Positions 37,381 through 49,614 of a stretch of 64,000 nt of DNA are shown here, piece after piece. Both the position numbers and the translations under genes were made by a program. This DNA comes from Tubulanus polymorphus. Its lineage: Eukaryota; Animalia; Nemertea. Every line of letters starts with the position of its first letter. The first letter of the stretch is position 1. Under the pieces are notes generated by a model. The model searched no databases and was not told the origin of the DNA. It was given only the letters and a program-made list of their open reading frames with translations. Where the stretch lies: NCBI RefSeq assembly GCF_964204645.1, contig NC_134036.1, positions 9,589,859-9,653,858 of the forward strand. The letters are read 5' to 3'.

Positions 37381-39385
37381 ATGGTATTCAAAAAGAAAAA
37401 GAAAAGTTATGCACAGAAAAGAAGACAAAGAATAGAGTCATACCGAGCTGATCACCCAATTCATGTCTTTGGATCAATGAAGCAAAGTTCTGAAGTTTTT
37501 ATGTATGCAGCTGGCAAACAATGTGTTTGTGTATCATTTGTTTTTTTGGTTAAGGCATCTATAGTCAATCCTAGCAGTTTAACGTCTGTATGTATAGATA
37601 CTATACTATATGAAGCTTCAGAATTATATAATGATTTACAGAAGGTGCCATTATCTCATGAATATCTTCTGTGTAATGACTTGCCATTGGTATACAAATT
37701 TCAAAACATTGTATTTGAAAGAGTTCTCAAAGATCCATTTTTTGGGTCTCCAGGTAGTGAAAATGTATTTCCCTGCATGACATTAGAAAATGCTGTTCAC
37801 GTATGTTTTGAAGAAAACGAATTTGCTTTCTTCACAATAGGTCCTAATTTTTCCAGCAACGAGTTAGCCAATTGGAGTAATATTGCGAGTTACACCTCAG
37901 CATTAGTTTCAACGGCTAATGGTTTTTACATATTTGATTCTCATGCAAGAAGCAAGCAAGGTACCCCGGATCCTTTTGGTAAAGCTGTTATTTTTTACCT
38001 GCCTAATATCATGGCTGTGATCACCTATCTCAGAAGATTGGTTGACTCCCTTGGTTTATTTTTGGGTTTCTTTGAAATAACTCCAGTCAATTTTCTTAGA
38101 AATTATCAGACACCCTCATCTAAGGATGACTCTTCTCTGAATGACTGTAATGAACAATCACTCTTGAATGCTTTCTCTTCATACCTTAACAACCAAATGG
38201 AACAAAGACATGCCAAAAGGATATCACAGCAAAAGCTACGTTCTAATCAAACAATATAGAGATATTGAAAAAGTTAGCGACTGTGCTCAAAAGAAAAATA
38301 AGCGTTCTGATGAAGAATATAGGAATAAAGAAAGACTGAGTAACAACCAACAAAGAAAGAGAAAACGTAGCAATGAAGAATATACAGATAAAGAGAGACT
38401 GAATGACAAACGACAAAGAAAGAGAAAACGTACCAATGAAGAATATAGAGATAAAGAGAGACTGAATGACAAACAACAAAGAAAAGGAAAACGTAGCAAT
38501 GAAGAATATAGAGATAAAGAGAGACTGAATGACAAACGACAAAGAAAGAGAAAACGTACCAATGAAGAATATAGAGATAAAGAGAGACTGAATGACAAAC
38601 GACAAAGAAAAGGAAAACGTACCAATGAAGAATATAGAGATAAAGAGAGACTGAATGACAAACAACAAAGAAAAGGAAAACGTACCAATGAAGAATATAG
38701 AGATAAAGAAAGACTGAATGACAAAGAACAAAGGAAAAATAAACGTACTGATGAAGAATATAGAGAAAAAGAAAGACTGCAACAGAAACACCTAGAAAAA
38801 GAACATACTGACGAATACCTTATTACTAAATTCCATGATATCATTTCTAAAGGACCTCTTTATATTTGTTGTTCATGTGAACAGCTTTTTTATAGACATA
38901 GTACAGTTACTATGCAAAGCCTCTATAGTGACCACAACTTGGATCACATCAAACAGAATTGCAAAAATATACCTAGTGTCAACAATCGTGAATGGATTTG
39001 CCTAACCTGTGCCAAGTATTTAAAGAAGCATGAAATTGCTCCTTGCTCATCAGTGAATGGCGTCTCATTTAGTGAGCTCCCTGCCATCCTCAAAAACTTA
39101 ACACCTTTAGAATTGAGATTGCTTTCACCAAGATTGCCATTCATGCGTATTCTACAAGCGTCTTTTGGAAAGCAATTTAAAATGAGAGGTAACATAGTCA
39201 ATGTTCCTTCTGATGTTGTCCAAACTGTTTCATTATTACCAAGAATGCAGCATGATGATGCTACAATTAAGGTGAATTTAAAACGTAAACTGCAATATGC
39301 TCATGCAGTTGCAACAGAAAATGTTAGACCTGAACTTGTCAGAAAAGCTGCTCAGTGGCTCACTACCAATGGATGTTTATTTAAC
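37381..39385 (+). pseudogene. 5' part of a Helitron/Helentron RepHel ORF (herpes-tegument/C76-like cysteine protease, basic repeats, DUF6570-like region), truncated before Rep
   Basis: AGKQCVC and YIFDSHAR; GPLYICCSCEQLFY; LSPRLPFM..GNIVNVP..LKRKLQY; 1-nt insertion near 38250; homologous to 56302-57850. Confidence 0.85.
38300..38780 (+). repeat. Coding 60-bp tandem repeat (about 8 units, RTNEEYRDKERLNDKRQRKRK-like)
   Basis: Directly visible period-60 repeat. Confidence 0.95.
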
Positions 39386-39392
39386 GAATTGA

Positions 39393-40946
39393 TTGCCGAA
39401 AGATTGCCGTACAATACTAAAAAGACCTAGAAATGTTGAATCTTTTCATAAGTGTGGTGGACAGTATGTGTATTTAGGCATAGAAACCAATGTTACCAAG
39501 TGTTTGGCTGATAATATACAGTTTGTCAATGAAAATGAGATTATTGAATTAAAAGTGAATGTTGATGGTCTACCGCTGTTCAAATCGAGCAAGAGCCAGT
39601 TTTGGCCTATTCTTGGATATTTTGCAGAATTTAATCCTTTCATTATTGCATTGTTCTTAGGGAATTCGAAACCTAATGATGTGCATGAATACCTATATGA
39701 CTTTCTTGAAGAATTCAATAACCTGAAAATATCTGGTATCCTGTACTCGGGAAAAAACTTCAGATTCAATATAAAAGCCATAGTTTGTGATGCACCAGCA
39801 CGATCTTTCTTGAAATGTATAATTGGCCACAACGGTTACTATGGATGCGAAAGATGTAAAATACGTGGTCATTGGAATGGACGTGTTGTATATCTTAGCT
39901 TGCGCTTACACACATTAAGAACCGATGAGAAATTTAGTGACTATAATTATAATGTTCACCAAACTGCGCGGTCACCATTAATTGATTATGGTATCAGTTG
40001 TATCTCTACATTCTGTCTTGATTACATGCATCTTATATGTCAGGGTGTAGTTAAGCGGATATTGTCATTTTTAAAGTCTGGTCCCAGAATATGCAAACTA
40101 TCCAATTTACAAGTGGAACAAGTTTCTCTAGTTTTGGAATCATTCAAAAATAAATTTCCCAGTGATTTTGCCAGACAACCACGTGGACTAACTGAGCTAG
40201 ATCGATGGAAAGCCACAGAGTTGCGTCAGTTTGTCCTATATTCTGGTCCAATCTCATTACGTGGCGTGCTAAGACCTGGCCATTATAAACATTTTCTCTG
40301 TTTAACAGTTCCTCTTTTTATCATGTTGAATCCTGACGATGCTCAAAGGAATGAGTTATTACCATATGCTAAACAGCTTCTGGATTATTTTGTAAAAAAA
40401 TGCCCAATGTTTTATGGCACCACTTTCTGTACGTACAACGTTCACACATTAATTCATTTACATGAAGACGTGGAACACTTTGGCTGCTCCCTGAATGCTA
40501 TATCTGCATTCCCTTTCGAGAATTTTCTGCAGATTTTGAAAGGGCTTGTACGCAAATCCCAGTCCCCACTAGTTCAAGTTGTAAAAAGGCTTCGGGAAAG
40601 TGAAATGAACAATGCATGTTTATACAGAACGAAAAAAAGACAATCGCCCAGGATATCTGATGATGACAAAGATAGTGTATTTTTGTTGAATAGTTCTGAG
40701 TTTGCTATTGTCAAGGAGATTCGCCATGATACTTGTATGTGTAATGTTATTAAGATTAGACAGATGGAAAGTTTCTTTGATCAGCCGTGCGATTCAAGAA
40801 TTGTGAATATTTACTTCATAGCTAATTTGGAGCAGGGGATTAGGAGAGGTCTCATCGAAAAAAAAGATTTGAAATCCAAGGCAGTATGCCTACCAGTACC
40901 TGATGGAGGTTATGTGATTGTTCCATTATTACATGGATTAGAGTAA
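39393..40946 (+). CDS. EnSpm-like transposase core, N-terminus lost
   Basis: LPKDCRTIL, VNVDGLPLFKSS, CDAPARSF..GYYGCERC, LDYMHL, WKATELRQF, YNVHTLIHL, SAFPFEN. Confidence 0.9.
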   Translation: MPKDCRTILKRPRNVESFHKCGGQYVYLGIETNVTKCLADNIQFVNENEIIELKVNVDGLPLFKSSKSQFWPILGYFAEFNPFIIALFLGNSKPNDVHEYLYDFLEEFNNLKISGILYSGKNFRFNIKAIVCDAPARSFLKCIIGHNGYYGCERCKIRGHWNGRVVYLSLRLHTLRTDEKFSDYNYNVHQTARSPLIDYGISCISTFCLDYMHLICQGVVKRILSFLKSGPRICKLSNLQVEQVSLVLESFKNKFPSDFARQPRGLTELDRWKATELRQFVLYSGPISLRGVLRPGHYKHFLCLTVPLFIMLNPDDAQRNELLPYAKQLLDYFVKKCPMFYGTTFCTYNVHTLIHLHEDVEHFGCSLNAISAFPFENFLQILKGLVRKSQSPLVQVVKRLRESEMNNACLYRTKKRQSPRISDDDKDSVFLLNSSEFAIVKEIRHDTCMCNVIKIRQMESFFDQPCDSRIVNIYFIANLEQGIRRGLIEKKDLKSKAVCLPVPDGGYVIVPLLHGLE

Positions 40947-41096
40947 TCATAAAGGTAGATTTGGTGAGTGAAGTGCAGTGTGTAGTGCTTTTCTCTAAGC
41001 GACCATTCACGAATTACAACCTGTCTGTGTTGTGAGAATCTGAATTATAGTTAAGCATTAAAAGGATAGAAATTGTTGAAAAACGATCTGAGTTAA

Positions 41097-41741
41097 AGGG
41101 GAACTGCAGTGCCAAAACTATAATTTGCTATTCATTTCTACTCTTGTTGTTGTTTAGCATAATGCTAGTTAAAATTTCCAATTCTCCCTAATTAACCCAT
41201 ACACAACAATTTTAATACTGTTATCGGCAGAATTTAAGGCAGAGAGAGCCGCCATATTTAACCTCCAAAGCGAGGCTTGTAAACATAGATGACGTATCCC
41301 GGCCCATCACATGCGGGAGTGTGTACACAAATACATACACTCATAGATACAACTGAGAAGAACTCAGTTGAAAATCCCGATTTAAACACTCCTGTTGGGC
41401 TTTCAGTGTCGTCTCTGATTTTATTTATCTACCCACTGTGTGAGACATATCCAAATAATTGCTGATGCAGCATTATGCTGCATTTTAGAACTGTTGTTTG
41501 ACTTCAAATGATGAAAACACTATGAATAGCAGCAGTAACACATATCGCAGTTGGGCCGGAATACGTCACAGCTGAGAGAAAGCGTCTGCTACGCAGAGAA
41601 AATGGCGGCGGCCAGGAACTCTACGAAAAACTTTTTTTTTGCAAAACTATTAGATAGAATGTTTTTCTGTTTTCGCGAAAGTGTATTTATAGAGGTTTCA
41701 AATGCATATAGATATCAAAAACTTTTCACTGCAGTTCCCCT
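41097..41741. mobile_element. Kolobok MITE
   Basis: 15-bp perfect TIR AGGGGAACTGCAGTG; TTAA TSD on both sides. Confidence 0.85.
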
Positions 41742-41872
41742 TTAAAAACGTCCAAATGCACAAATAGTGGGACCTCGTTTAACCCGTTCAGTGCTGAATA
41801 ATTAACACGCTCCAAAAGTGGTTGAGATAATTAGAAATTTTTTTCTAATTCTCCAGTGTATAACGGGCATAC

Positions 41873-42054
41873 CACTTAGTGCGTCTTCACAGTGGTGCGG
41901 TGTATCATTTGTTACTAATATTTTACTATGTTTGACAGTGCTGCCATTTTCCAATAGAAAAAACAAATTACTTATGACATCAATGCATCACGATGCGGTT
42001 AGCAAAGTCCATCACTGATTTATACACCGCACTGCAGTGTAGACGCACTGAGTG
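41873..42054. mobile_element. Harbinger-like MITE
   Basis: Imperfect TIRs of about 35 bp: cacttagtgcgtcttcacagtggtgcggtgtat / atacaccgcactgcagtgtagacgcactgagtg. Confidence 0.6.
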
Positions 42055-42163
42055 AAAGGGAACAAATTACAGGGGACTTTGTCAGGAATCGTTTCGTTGG
42101 TTTTCATGATTTGATAATCATACTACATGTACATCCATAAATCTATGTATATTATTATTTTAG

Positions 42164-45100
42164 CTCTGGATTTGTGCCGTCTGGCTAGAAGGGAAGAAAG
42201 AAATGGTGGGCACGGTGCCGGCCTGCTGGATGGAAGAAAACATGTTAAGATGGCCTCCTGCAATAAATGCAGAGGAGGATTTCGAGAACCACACAGTTCC
42301 CGATTTTAAATGGAGGAGATTCAAAATCATAAAGATAAAAGTTAAATCCGGTATGATACTTTGACATTATATTAATTTCTGAAACATACCAATGAAATGA
42401 TTCAACTTGCAGTAGGAAAGTCTAGTGTTTGAATGCTTGTTAATGAATTCATGGTGTTTTGAGCACGGCACTAATCTCTGTATCCAGGAGAGTTTGTGGT
42501 AGGACTGTAACCTGATCAAATAAACTTAGTGACTGCCCAACTTAAAGGTAGTTGGATGAATCCTACTAGTTGTGCTCAGTTTTTAATTCATACGATTAGG
42601 AACTGTTTTTCTATAATAGGAAAATTTATGATACCCCATATTGCTCATGCTCTGAAAAATGCTTAAGTTTCTGTTTCAGAACTTGTTTTCTAATTTTATA
42701 TTTGATACCTGTTTCAGCCAACAGGCAGCTCTGCGATAGTCAAGAAAATACAGACACTGAACCTGATGAAAGTCGAAAACGAAAGAAAATTTGTTACGAA
42801 GACTATGTAATGGAAGAAGATACGGGTAATTTAGCTTATAAATGTTGACGGTTAACGAAACCCAATTTTTCACCAAGAAGTTCATGTTCACAATGCTGGT
42901 TCTCATTCAACAATCCAAAATTTCTTTTCAATTGCTCATGGAGAAAGAGATTTGGGGGAATTTATAGTTCATGGTCTATGATTTTCGCAATTAATTCAGA
43001 GCTGCCAACTTAAAGTTTAAATTTTCATCTTTAGTTGCACGCAATATCCTGCAATGGTCACAGAGTAAACATCTAAGAGATAGCAGTTTTCCTGCATTAT
43101 GGAGTTGGTTAGGACTATATGGGATTGGCTATATATATCATAAAACCATTAAAATTGTACCTTCAGATCCATGTGAGGAAGGTAGTGCATCGTCTGGCGA
43201 TGAAGAACCAGCTGAAGCGATCGGTGAGTATTGCGTTATCCAGTCTCAAGATTGAGTAATATAACATTTGATTTTTAGCGAACCTATGGTTCGCTTTTCC
43301 TACCACTAGCTGATGACGTCATGCTTCCAATTCATTTGCCTATTGCGAAAAATTTCAGTAAAACGGTGGCACACTTTTTATCTATAAGGTCCTGAGATCT
43401 GATTTTTTCATCAGTGGTGTCATATAGTATCTATTTTACGATCTAAACATTTCTTATAAATTTGAACTCGCGTTTTTGTGAAATAATCGAAAATATGCCA
43501 AAATTGAAGCAAATTGCCGATCTTTTCGTATACACGCGTTACTGTGAAATCAAAATAGACCCGGACTGCTAGTACTATAAAATTTCATACATTTTCACAT
43601 AATTTTCGCTGAAAAAACTTCTAGATTTTCTCCCAGGCCTGTCTAAACGCAGGGGTCCCACTCGCACCTAACTCTCTAATTAACGTGGCTTGACCTTTGA
43701 ACTATTGTTTCTTGGATATATCCAAGAAATATGGTAGCCTATTAGGAACATTTTCAAAATTCAAGTGTGGATGCACCGAATGCATATCCGTACACTGAGA
43801 CACAGTGCGCGCAATTCAACCGCGCATTTCCTGGTTTATTCACAGGTGTATTTACACGGTATTTCTGCTCATTGAAGGTAAGATTTTCTATGAATATGAT
43901 TGTCATTGGTCTAAAATGCTCCGAAATGTTTACTACAGCGAGATGTTTGTATGGGACGGACAGAATTGTAAAACTTCTCTCTATTTGTTACGATGATTGC
44001 AATTCAATGCAATTCAATTTTGACTTTATTGATCTTAAACATTGTTTTACAGATACTGGTACAACGAGAATGAACCACCGCCGCCTTGACTCATCGAAGC
44101 AGACAATTATCAGTTTTTCTCAAAAATACATTTCAACTAAAATATTGTGAGACAAAACTTCTGATATGATCTAGGGTGGCCTAGCTAGCTCCTACCATCG
44201 TATCTTTTGTCGTTGATATGAATATTATTGTCTAAAAATAAATATGATTATTCATATTGAAACAGAGTTGCCGTTTGATTTTGATCGCTCCTCTGAAGGT
44301 TTGAAAGGCAATGTGTTTATCGATTTTCCACTTCCCCTCTTGCCACCGGTCCTTGGACCAGCGTCTAATACATTTTTAGATGTAACAAGTCTAAACTGCC
44401 TATTAGTTAATGGTCAGGTGAGCTACAAGACCATTGGTCTTTTATTACTTCAGTCAGGACTGGGCCATGAAGAGTTGTCCTTTGATAATGAAGTATACCA
44501 ATTAGTGGATAATGTTTCCTTATTCTTTCACTGAAAAGAATTTTAAGCCCATTTTGGAACTATATTTTTAGCCGCAATCAATTGCAATATATTGTAGTCA
44601 AAATATGTTCTATGATTTTGGGGAGTTTCAAGGTCATTGATTATGAAATTATCAGATTGTTGGGCATTTCACCAAATGTGCATGTTGTCCCTGGACCCTG
44701 ATTTCAGACATGTCTCCCATGTGCCTAATCACTTGAGAGCGTAGCAGTGCTTGTTAAAATTGTGGTTAGGTTGTAGCTATATATAAAGTACTGAATGATA
44801 TTTCGTTTTTACTTTCCTTTCAGAGGACATAGGTTTACCTCAACCTCCAACCGTATCCGCCTTTAAATTACCAGCCACACCGTTGCTGCGTAAGCAGTGT
44901 AGTTTCATTCAAATGCCCGATGCCCGCGAGCATTTGTCACGTCAAATTCGATCACTTTCATCTACATTGCTCAGTACACCGTCCGTGAAAAACCGAAAGA
45001 CCGCCGAGTCCGAGCAGTTTTCGCGTGATATTCGATCGTCTTCGCCGCTCAGTACACCGTCCGTGAAAAACCGAAAGACCGCCGAGTCCGAGCAGTTTTC

Positions 45101-48100
45101 GAGTGATATTCGATCGTCTTCGTCGCTCGGTACACCGTCCGTGAAAAACCGAAAGGCCGACGAGTCCGAGCAGTTTTCGAGTGATATTCGATCGTCTTCG
45201 CCGCTCGGTACACCGTCCGTGAAAAACCGAAAGGCCGACGAGTCCGAGCAGTTTTCGCGTGATATTCGATCGTCTTCGCCGCTCAGTACACCGTCCGTGA
45301 AAAACCGAAAGACCGACGAGTCCGAGCAGTTTTCGAGTGATATTCGATCGTCTTCGCCGCTCAGTACACCGTCCGTGAAAAACCGAAAGGCCGACGAGTC
45401 CGAGCAGTTTTCGCGTGATATTCGATCGTCTTCGCCGCTCAGTACACCGTCCGTGAAAAACCGAAAGATCGACGAGTCCGAGCAGTTTTCGAGTGATATT
45501 CGATCGTCTTCGTCGCTCAGTACACCGTCCGTGAAAAACCGAAAGACCGACGAGTCCGAGCAGTTTTCGCGTGAAATTCGATCGCCTTCGCCGCTCAGTG
45601 CACACTGGAAAAACCGAAAGGCCGACGAGTCCGAGCAGTTTTCGCGTGAAATTCGATCGCCTTCGCCGCTCAGTGCACACTGGAAAAACCGAAAGGCCGA
45701 CGAGTCCGAGCAGTTTTCGCGTGAAATTCGATCGCCTTCGCCGCTCAGTGCACACTGGAAAAACCGAAAGGCCGACGAGTCCGAGCAGTTTTCGCGTGAA
45801 ATTCGATCGCCTTCGCCGCTCAGTGCACACTGGAAAAACCGAAAGGCCGACGAGTCCGAGCAGTTTTCGAGTGAAATTCGATCGCCTTCGCCTACGTCTT
45901 GCCTCAGTACGCAGTCCTGGAAAAATCGAAAGGCTGACGACTGCGAGCAGTGGTTGCGTGAAATTCGATCACCTTCACCTAAGTTGCTCAGTACACACAG
46001 GAAAAATCGAAAAAGTGATGCCCGCGAGCAGTTGTTGCGTGAAATTCGAATGCCTACGTCGCTCAGTACACCATCCGTGAAAAATCGAATGGTTGCCGAC
46101 CGCGAAAAGTTGTCGCGTGAAATTCGATCGCCTGTGGCGCTCAGTACACACTGGAAAAATAGAAAGGCTGACGACTCTGAGCAGTTGTCTCAAATGCAAT
46201 CACCTTCGATGTCCTCCAGTAAATTCCTAGAAGACAGCATAGAGCCGAGTCAACGATCAACTGATCCATTCCCACTTCCTGATGCGAGTAAGTACATACA
46301 AATTTTAAAAAAAAATTAAGTCATTGATGAATAATTGACTGAAACCCAAAAATTGTAGTCCGATTTAGTGCAGTTGTTTTGAACAATAGGCTAAGAATAA
46401 TATCTACCTGAACAAATGATGTATGATTAATTATTGGTCTCAACAATAGACAGGATGTTATTTAAAAAGAATCCAGGGAGAAACACACTAGATAATTGGA
46501 AGGTTATATATAACAAAGCACTGTTGGTCTAGGGGTCTGATGAGTATTAGTGTGATCTGTGTGCATTTTTGGCCAGCACACAGATATCACAACAATCATT
46601 TGTCAGTCAATTAAATATTTAGTGATGTTTAATTTGTCAGTCAATTAAATATTTAGTGATATTTAATGCGGCATTATTCCTGTTTACTGTATTTAGTTTT
46701 GTGGAAAAAAATAGTTTAAATTCAGGTACATTTTGTTATTCCAGAATTTCAGAAGAAAGTACTTCACAACCTTATGGAAATCAAAGATCTGATTTGTCGA
46801 CGAAATCGGGAAACCGTTGAACCCATTGAACAGGTTGACACGATAGAAGAGCTGCAGGAATTTGAAGACAAATTAGAAAAAGAAAGTTCAGAAAAAGAGA
46901 ATTTGGTAAGTGACGAACAAGGCAATATAGTTAACTCTATGGATTTTTCAATGCTAATTTTCCCTTGCTTAAGATGAAAAACATGGTTAATTTAAAAAAG
47001 GAACCATTTAACTTATTTGTGATTTGGATTTTACTAATTAAGAGAAGTTGAGGCATTCAGTAGTCAGAATAATTCAATAAAAATATGTTGGTTTGTGTAG
47101 AATTACATACAGTTAAGGCTTACATGTTGTTCAATCACATTCCAGCTCGGGCAGTTAGAGAACATAGGCGGTGCCCATTTTGCAGATTTCATAAGAAGGG
47201 CTTTGCAGAGGTAAGATTCTACACACATGCAAGAGCTATAATAAAATGATTTAATTCTGCAATTTTGAAAGAAAATCTCATCATAAACCTTTCCCTATTT
47301 TTCCCTAATATGACTCAAAAATCGTGTAACCCTAAAATCACTAAAAAAAGTAGTGCGATCCTATACTTATGTACATACAATTAAAAACCTTTATTTCTAT
47401 TTTTTTAAAACCTTTTATATTTATGTATAGGAGGACTTATAATAATGATATAGAAATCTCGATTAAGCTGATGAAAAAGTTTGACCGTAGATGGGCCCTA
47501 TACGCCAATCCCTTTAGAACTTTTATCATTATTTTCATTGTTAAAACCATAATATCTATTTCAAGGCACAGTCAAAATTAAGAAGTACTTTTTTCTCGAG
47601 TATTCTGAAAATACTTCAATGCTGTAAAATGAGGATTGAAACCTGTCAGTGACCTGGTCTTTGCAAAGGTTGCATGCCTACTGATAACCGAATCATTTTT
47701 ACTGTTGATTAAATGTTGTTATTTTTTCATCTTTCTAGGTTACTCACAAACAAGCTCATGTCGCATTTTAACATGCATGGAACGAGGGGGAAATTTGGTT
47801 TTACGCTCCTCAAGTTATATGCCATTTTGAAAGGTAATATAATTGTTATTAAAAAATTGGATCATTCATTTATTATGTACGCATAAAATTTGAATTTTTC
47901 AACCCTTCTGTACGCAAAATCGGCCATTTTTTTCATATACATTAAGCGTTACAATTACACAATTTCACTTACCCCTCCCCTAATGCGTACGTATTTAATG
48001 AACGACACATATGGGAATAATTCCCTTAATCTAGGTAAATTCCTTTTGTACAAATACCCCAATTTAAAAGTCATCCATGGAAGAAATATGCCAATTGGGA

Positions 48101-48558
48101 TATTATCTGGGCAATTGTTACATCGGTGTGTTTCTTTATATTGGCAACTTTTTATGCTGCCTGTCATGTCCACACATTTTTCGCGGTTTACATTGAAACT
48201 ATGGTACACAAAATACTCAAAATATCATGCCACTGCAGACGAGCTACCCATTTGATTTACTTTCAATCATATTCTCAAAATGTGCTGGAACTGCCTATGC
48301 ATACCATTTGCATTCTAATATGTAACGTTTAGGTAGCAAAGGTGCTTGCTTCACTTGGTTTCTTTAGCATGGGTTCTAATTGTATTCAAGTAAAGATATA
48401 TTGATTGCTTTGTTTTCACTGAACTTTTTTTTATTGTAGAAAGTGCACTCAAATTGTTTGTTGGTACAGAATTTAATTTCGACGAGGTCTGCGCAACCCA
48501 CCTAAAAAATGCGCCCGACAGAAAAGGTGGAATTAAAAGAGGTCGCGACGTAGACTAA
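42164..48558 (+). CDS. EnSpm accessory protein (DUF4806-type); exons 42164-42350, 42718-42825, 43167-43223, 44824-46287, 46745-46905, 47146-47210, 47739-47833, 48440-48558; start exon missing
   Basis: All junctions GT-AG and phase-compatible with no stop; WICAVW..VPACW..LRWPP N-terminal motif, IGG, FNMHG.RGK.GF, LKNAPDRKGG. Confidence 0.85.
43272..43750 (+). mobile_element. Possible HINE-like intronic repeat
   Basis: T-run then GCGAACC-TAT-GGTTCGC hairpin at the 5' end; palindrome TTCTTGGATATATCCAAGAA near the 3' end. Confidence 0.35.
44930..46190 (+). repeat. CpG-rich coding minisatellite (63-bp units, then 60-bp units)
   Basis: Units encode SSSPLSTPSVKNRKADESEQFSRDIR-like and SPSPLSAHWKNRKADESEQFSREIR-like peptides; degenerate at both ends. 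Confidence 0.95.
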
Positions 48559-48640
48559 AAACTATTCTTGAAGAATCTGATTCAAAGTTTGAATCGGGAC
48601 TTTCTTTGTATTGTATTTCGTTTATCGTCCATATCATTAA

Positions 48641-49564
48641 CCCTTAGGTGCCTGAGGGGTCCGGCCTGTAAATCCGCTAATGTGCCTGAGCATTCCTATT
48701 GTTTCTATGAATGACGAAGACGACTGATAATGAAATTGCTATTACTTTTTTATTTTTGGTGCTACAGTATTCAACCAAGTATCAAATTAAAGGTATTTTC
48801 TAGCATATTTAGAATCCATTGTCATAAATTATACATCTAGTAATGGGGGCCAGCTAGAAAATTTCAAACAACCACCCCAAAATTTTGGTTAAATTTATTT
48901 GGTGAAATTCTGAAAATGGAACTCTCTCTTTAGTAAAGTATCTTGCCCTTATCAGAATAATCAATTGCAGGTGATTCCATAGACTGTTTCTAACAACATA
49001 TACAAAATCAGGGCAAAAGACTTCAAAATAAAAAAGTTAAAGCAATTTTTCCTCAGAATCCAGATTTCAAAATTTTGCACGCACTGAAATGTCAGAAAAT
49101 CAAAATTGAAGTTACCAACAAGTTTTATTCATTTTAGCTTATAAATGTGTGCAATTACAACCTATAATATTCCTTAGTTGTCTACTCTCCTCCTTCCTCT
49201 CTGAACTGATTTTCGCTATATCCTCATTTTCGGTATCAGTGTTCGTAATAGTCATTAATCAGGGCTGTTTCCGCTGTTATTTTGATTAGAATAGTCACCT
49301 TCTAAGTTGCTATCACCTGCCCCTTCAGAATTTCCGGAGTCCTCATGACTAGCTTCGCTTGGACTCCGTTTAAACACACTAAAAAGATTTTTTTTCATGC
49401 ACGATTCGTCATTTAGACATTCACTTCCGTGTTAGTTCTTATTTTAACCACCGATGGCAGCACTAGCTGGTTGGTAGTTTTATCGGTTCCACCTTAAACT
49501 TGCAGGCACCGATCGGCGCTTAGCGCCGTTTTTACGCATTTTGGCGCCCCTAGGCACCAAAGGG
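48641..49564. mobile_element. piggyBac-like non-autonomous element
   Basis: TTAA-CCCTTAGGTGCCT ... AGGCACCAAAGGG-TTCA. Confidence 0.8.
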
Positions 49565-49614
49565 TTCAATATACATTTTTCATTGCTTTTGACAATCTAA
49601 TCCTATTATGATTA

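Noticed and set aside
38243-38844. Long hydrophobic antisense ORFs (182 and 185 aa)
   Set aside because: Shadows of the purine-rich 60-bp repeat
44958-46080. Alternative-frame and antisense ORFs over the minisatellite
   Set aside because: Stop-free only because unit lengths are multiples of 3; only the 44883 frame splices into the gene
44930-46190. Regular repeat array as a CRISPR locus
   Set aside because: Units are contiguous with no unique spacers, there are no cas genes, and the array lies in frame in a eukaryotic exon
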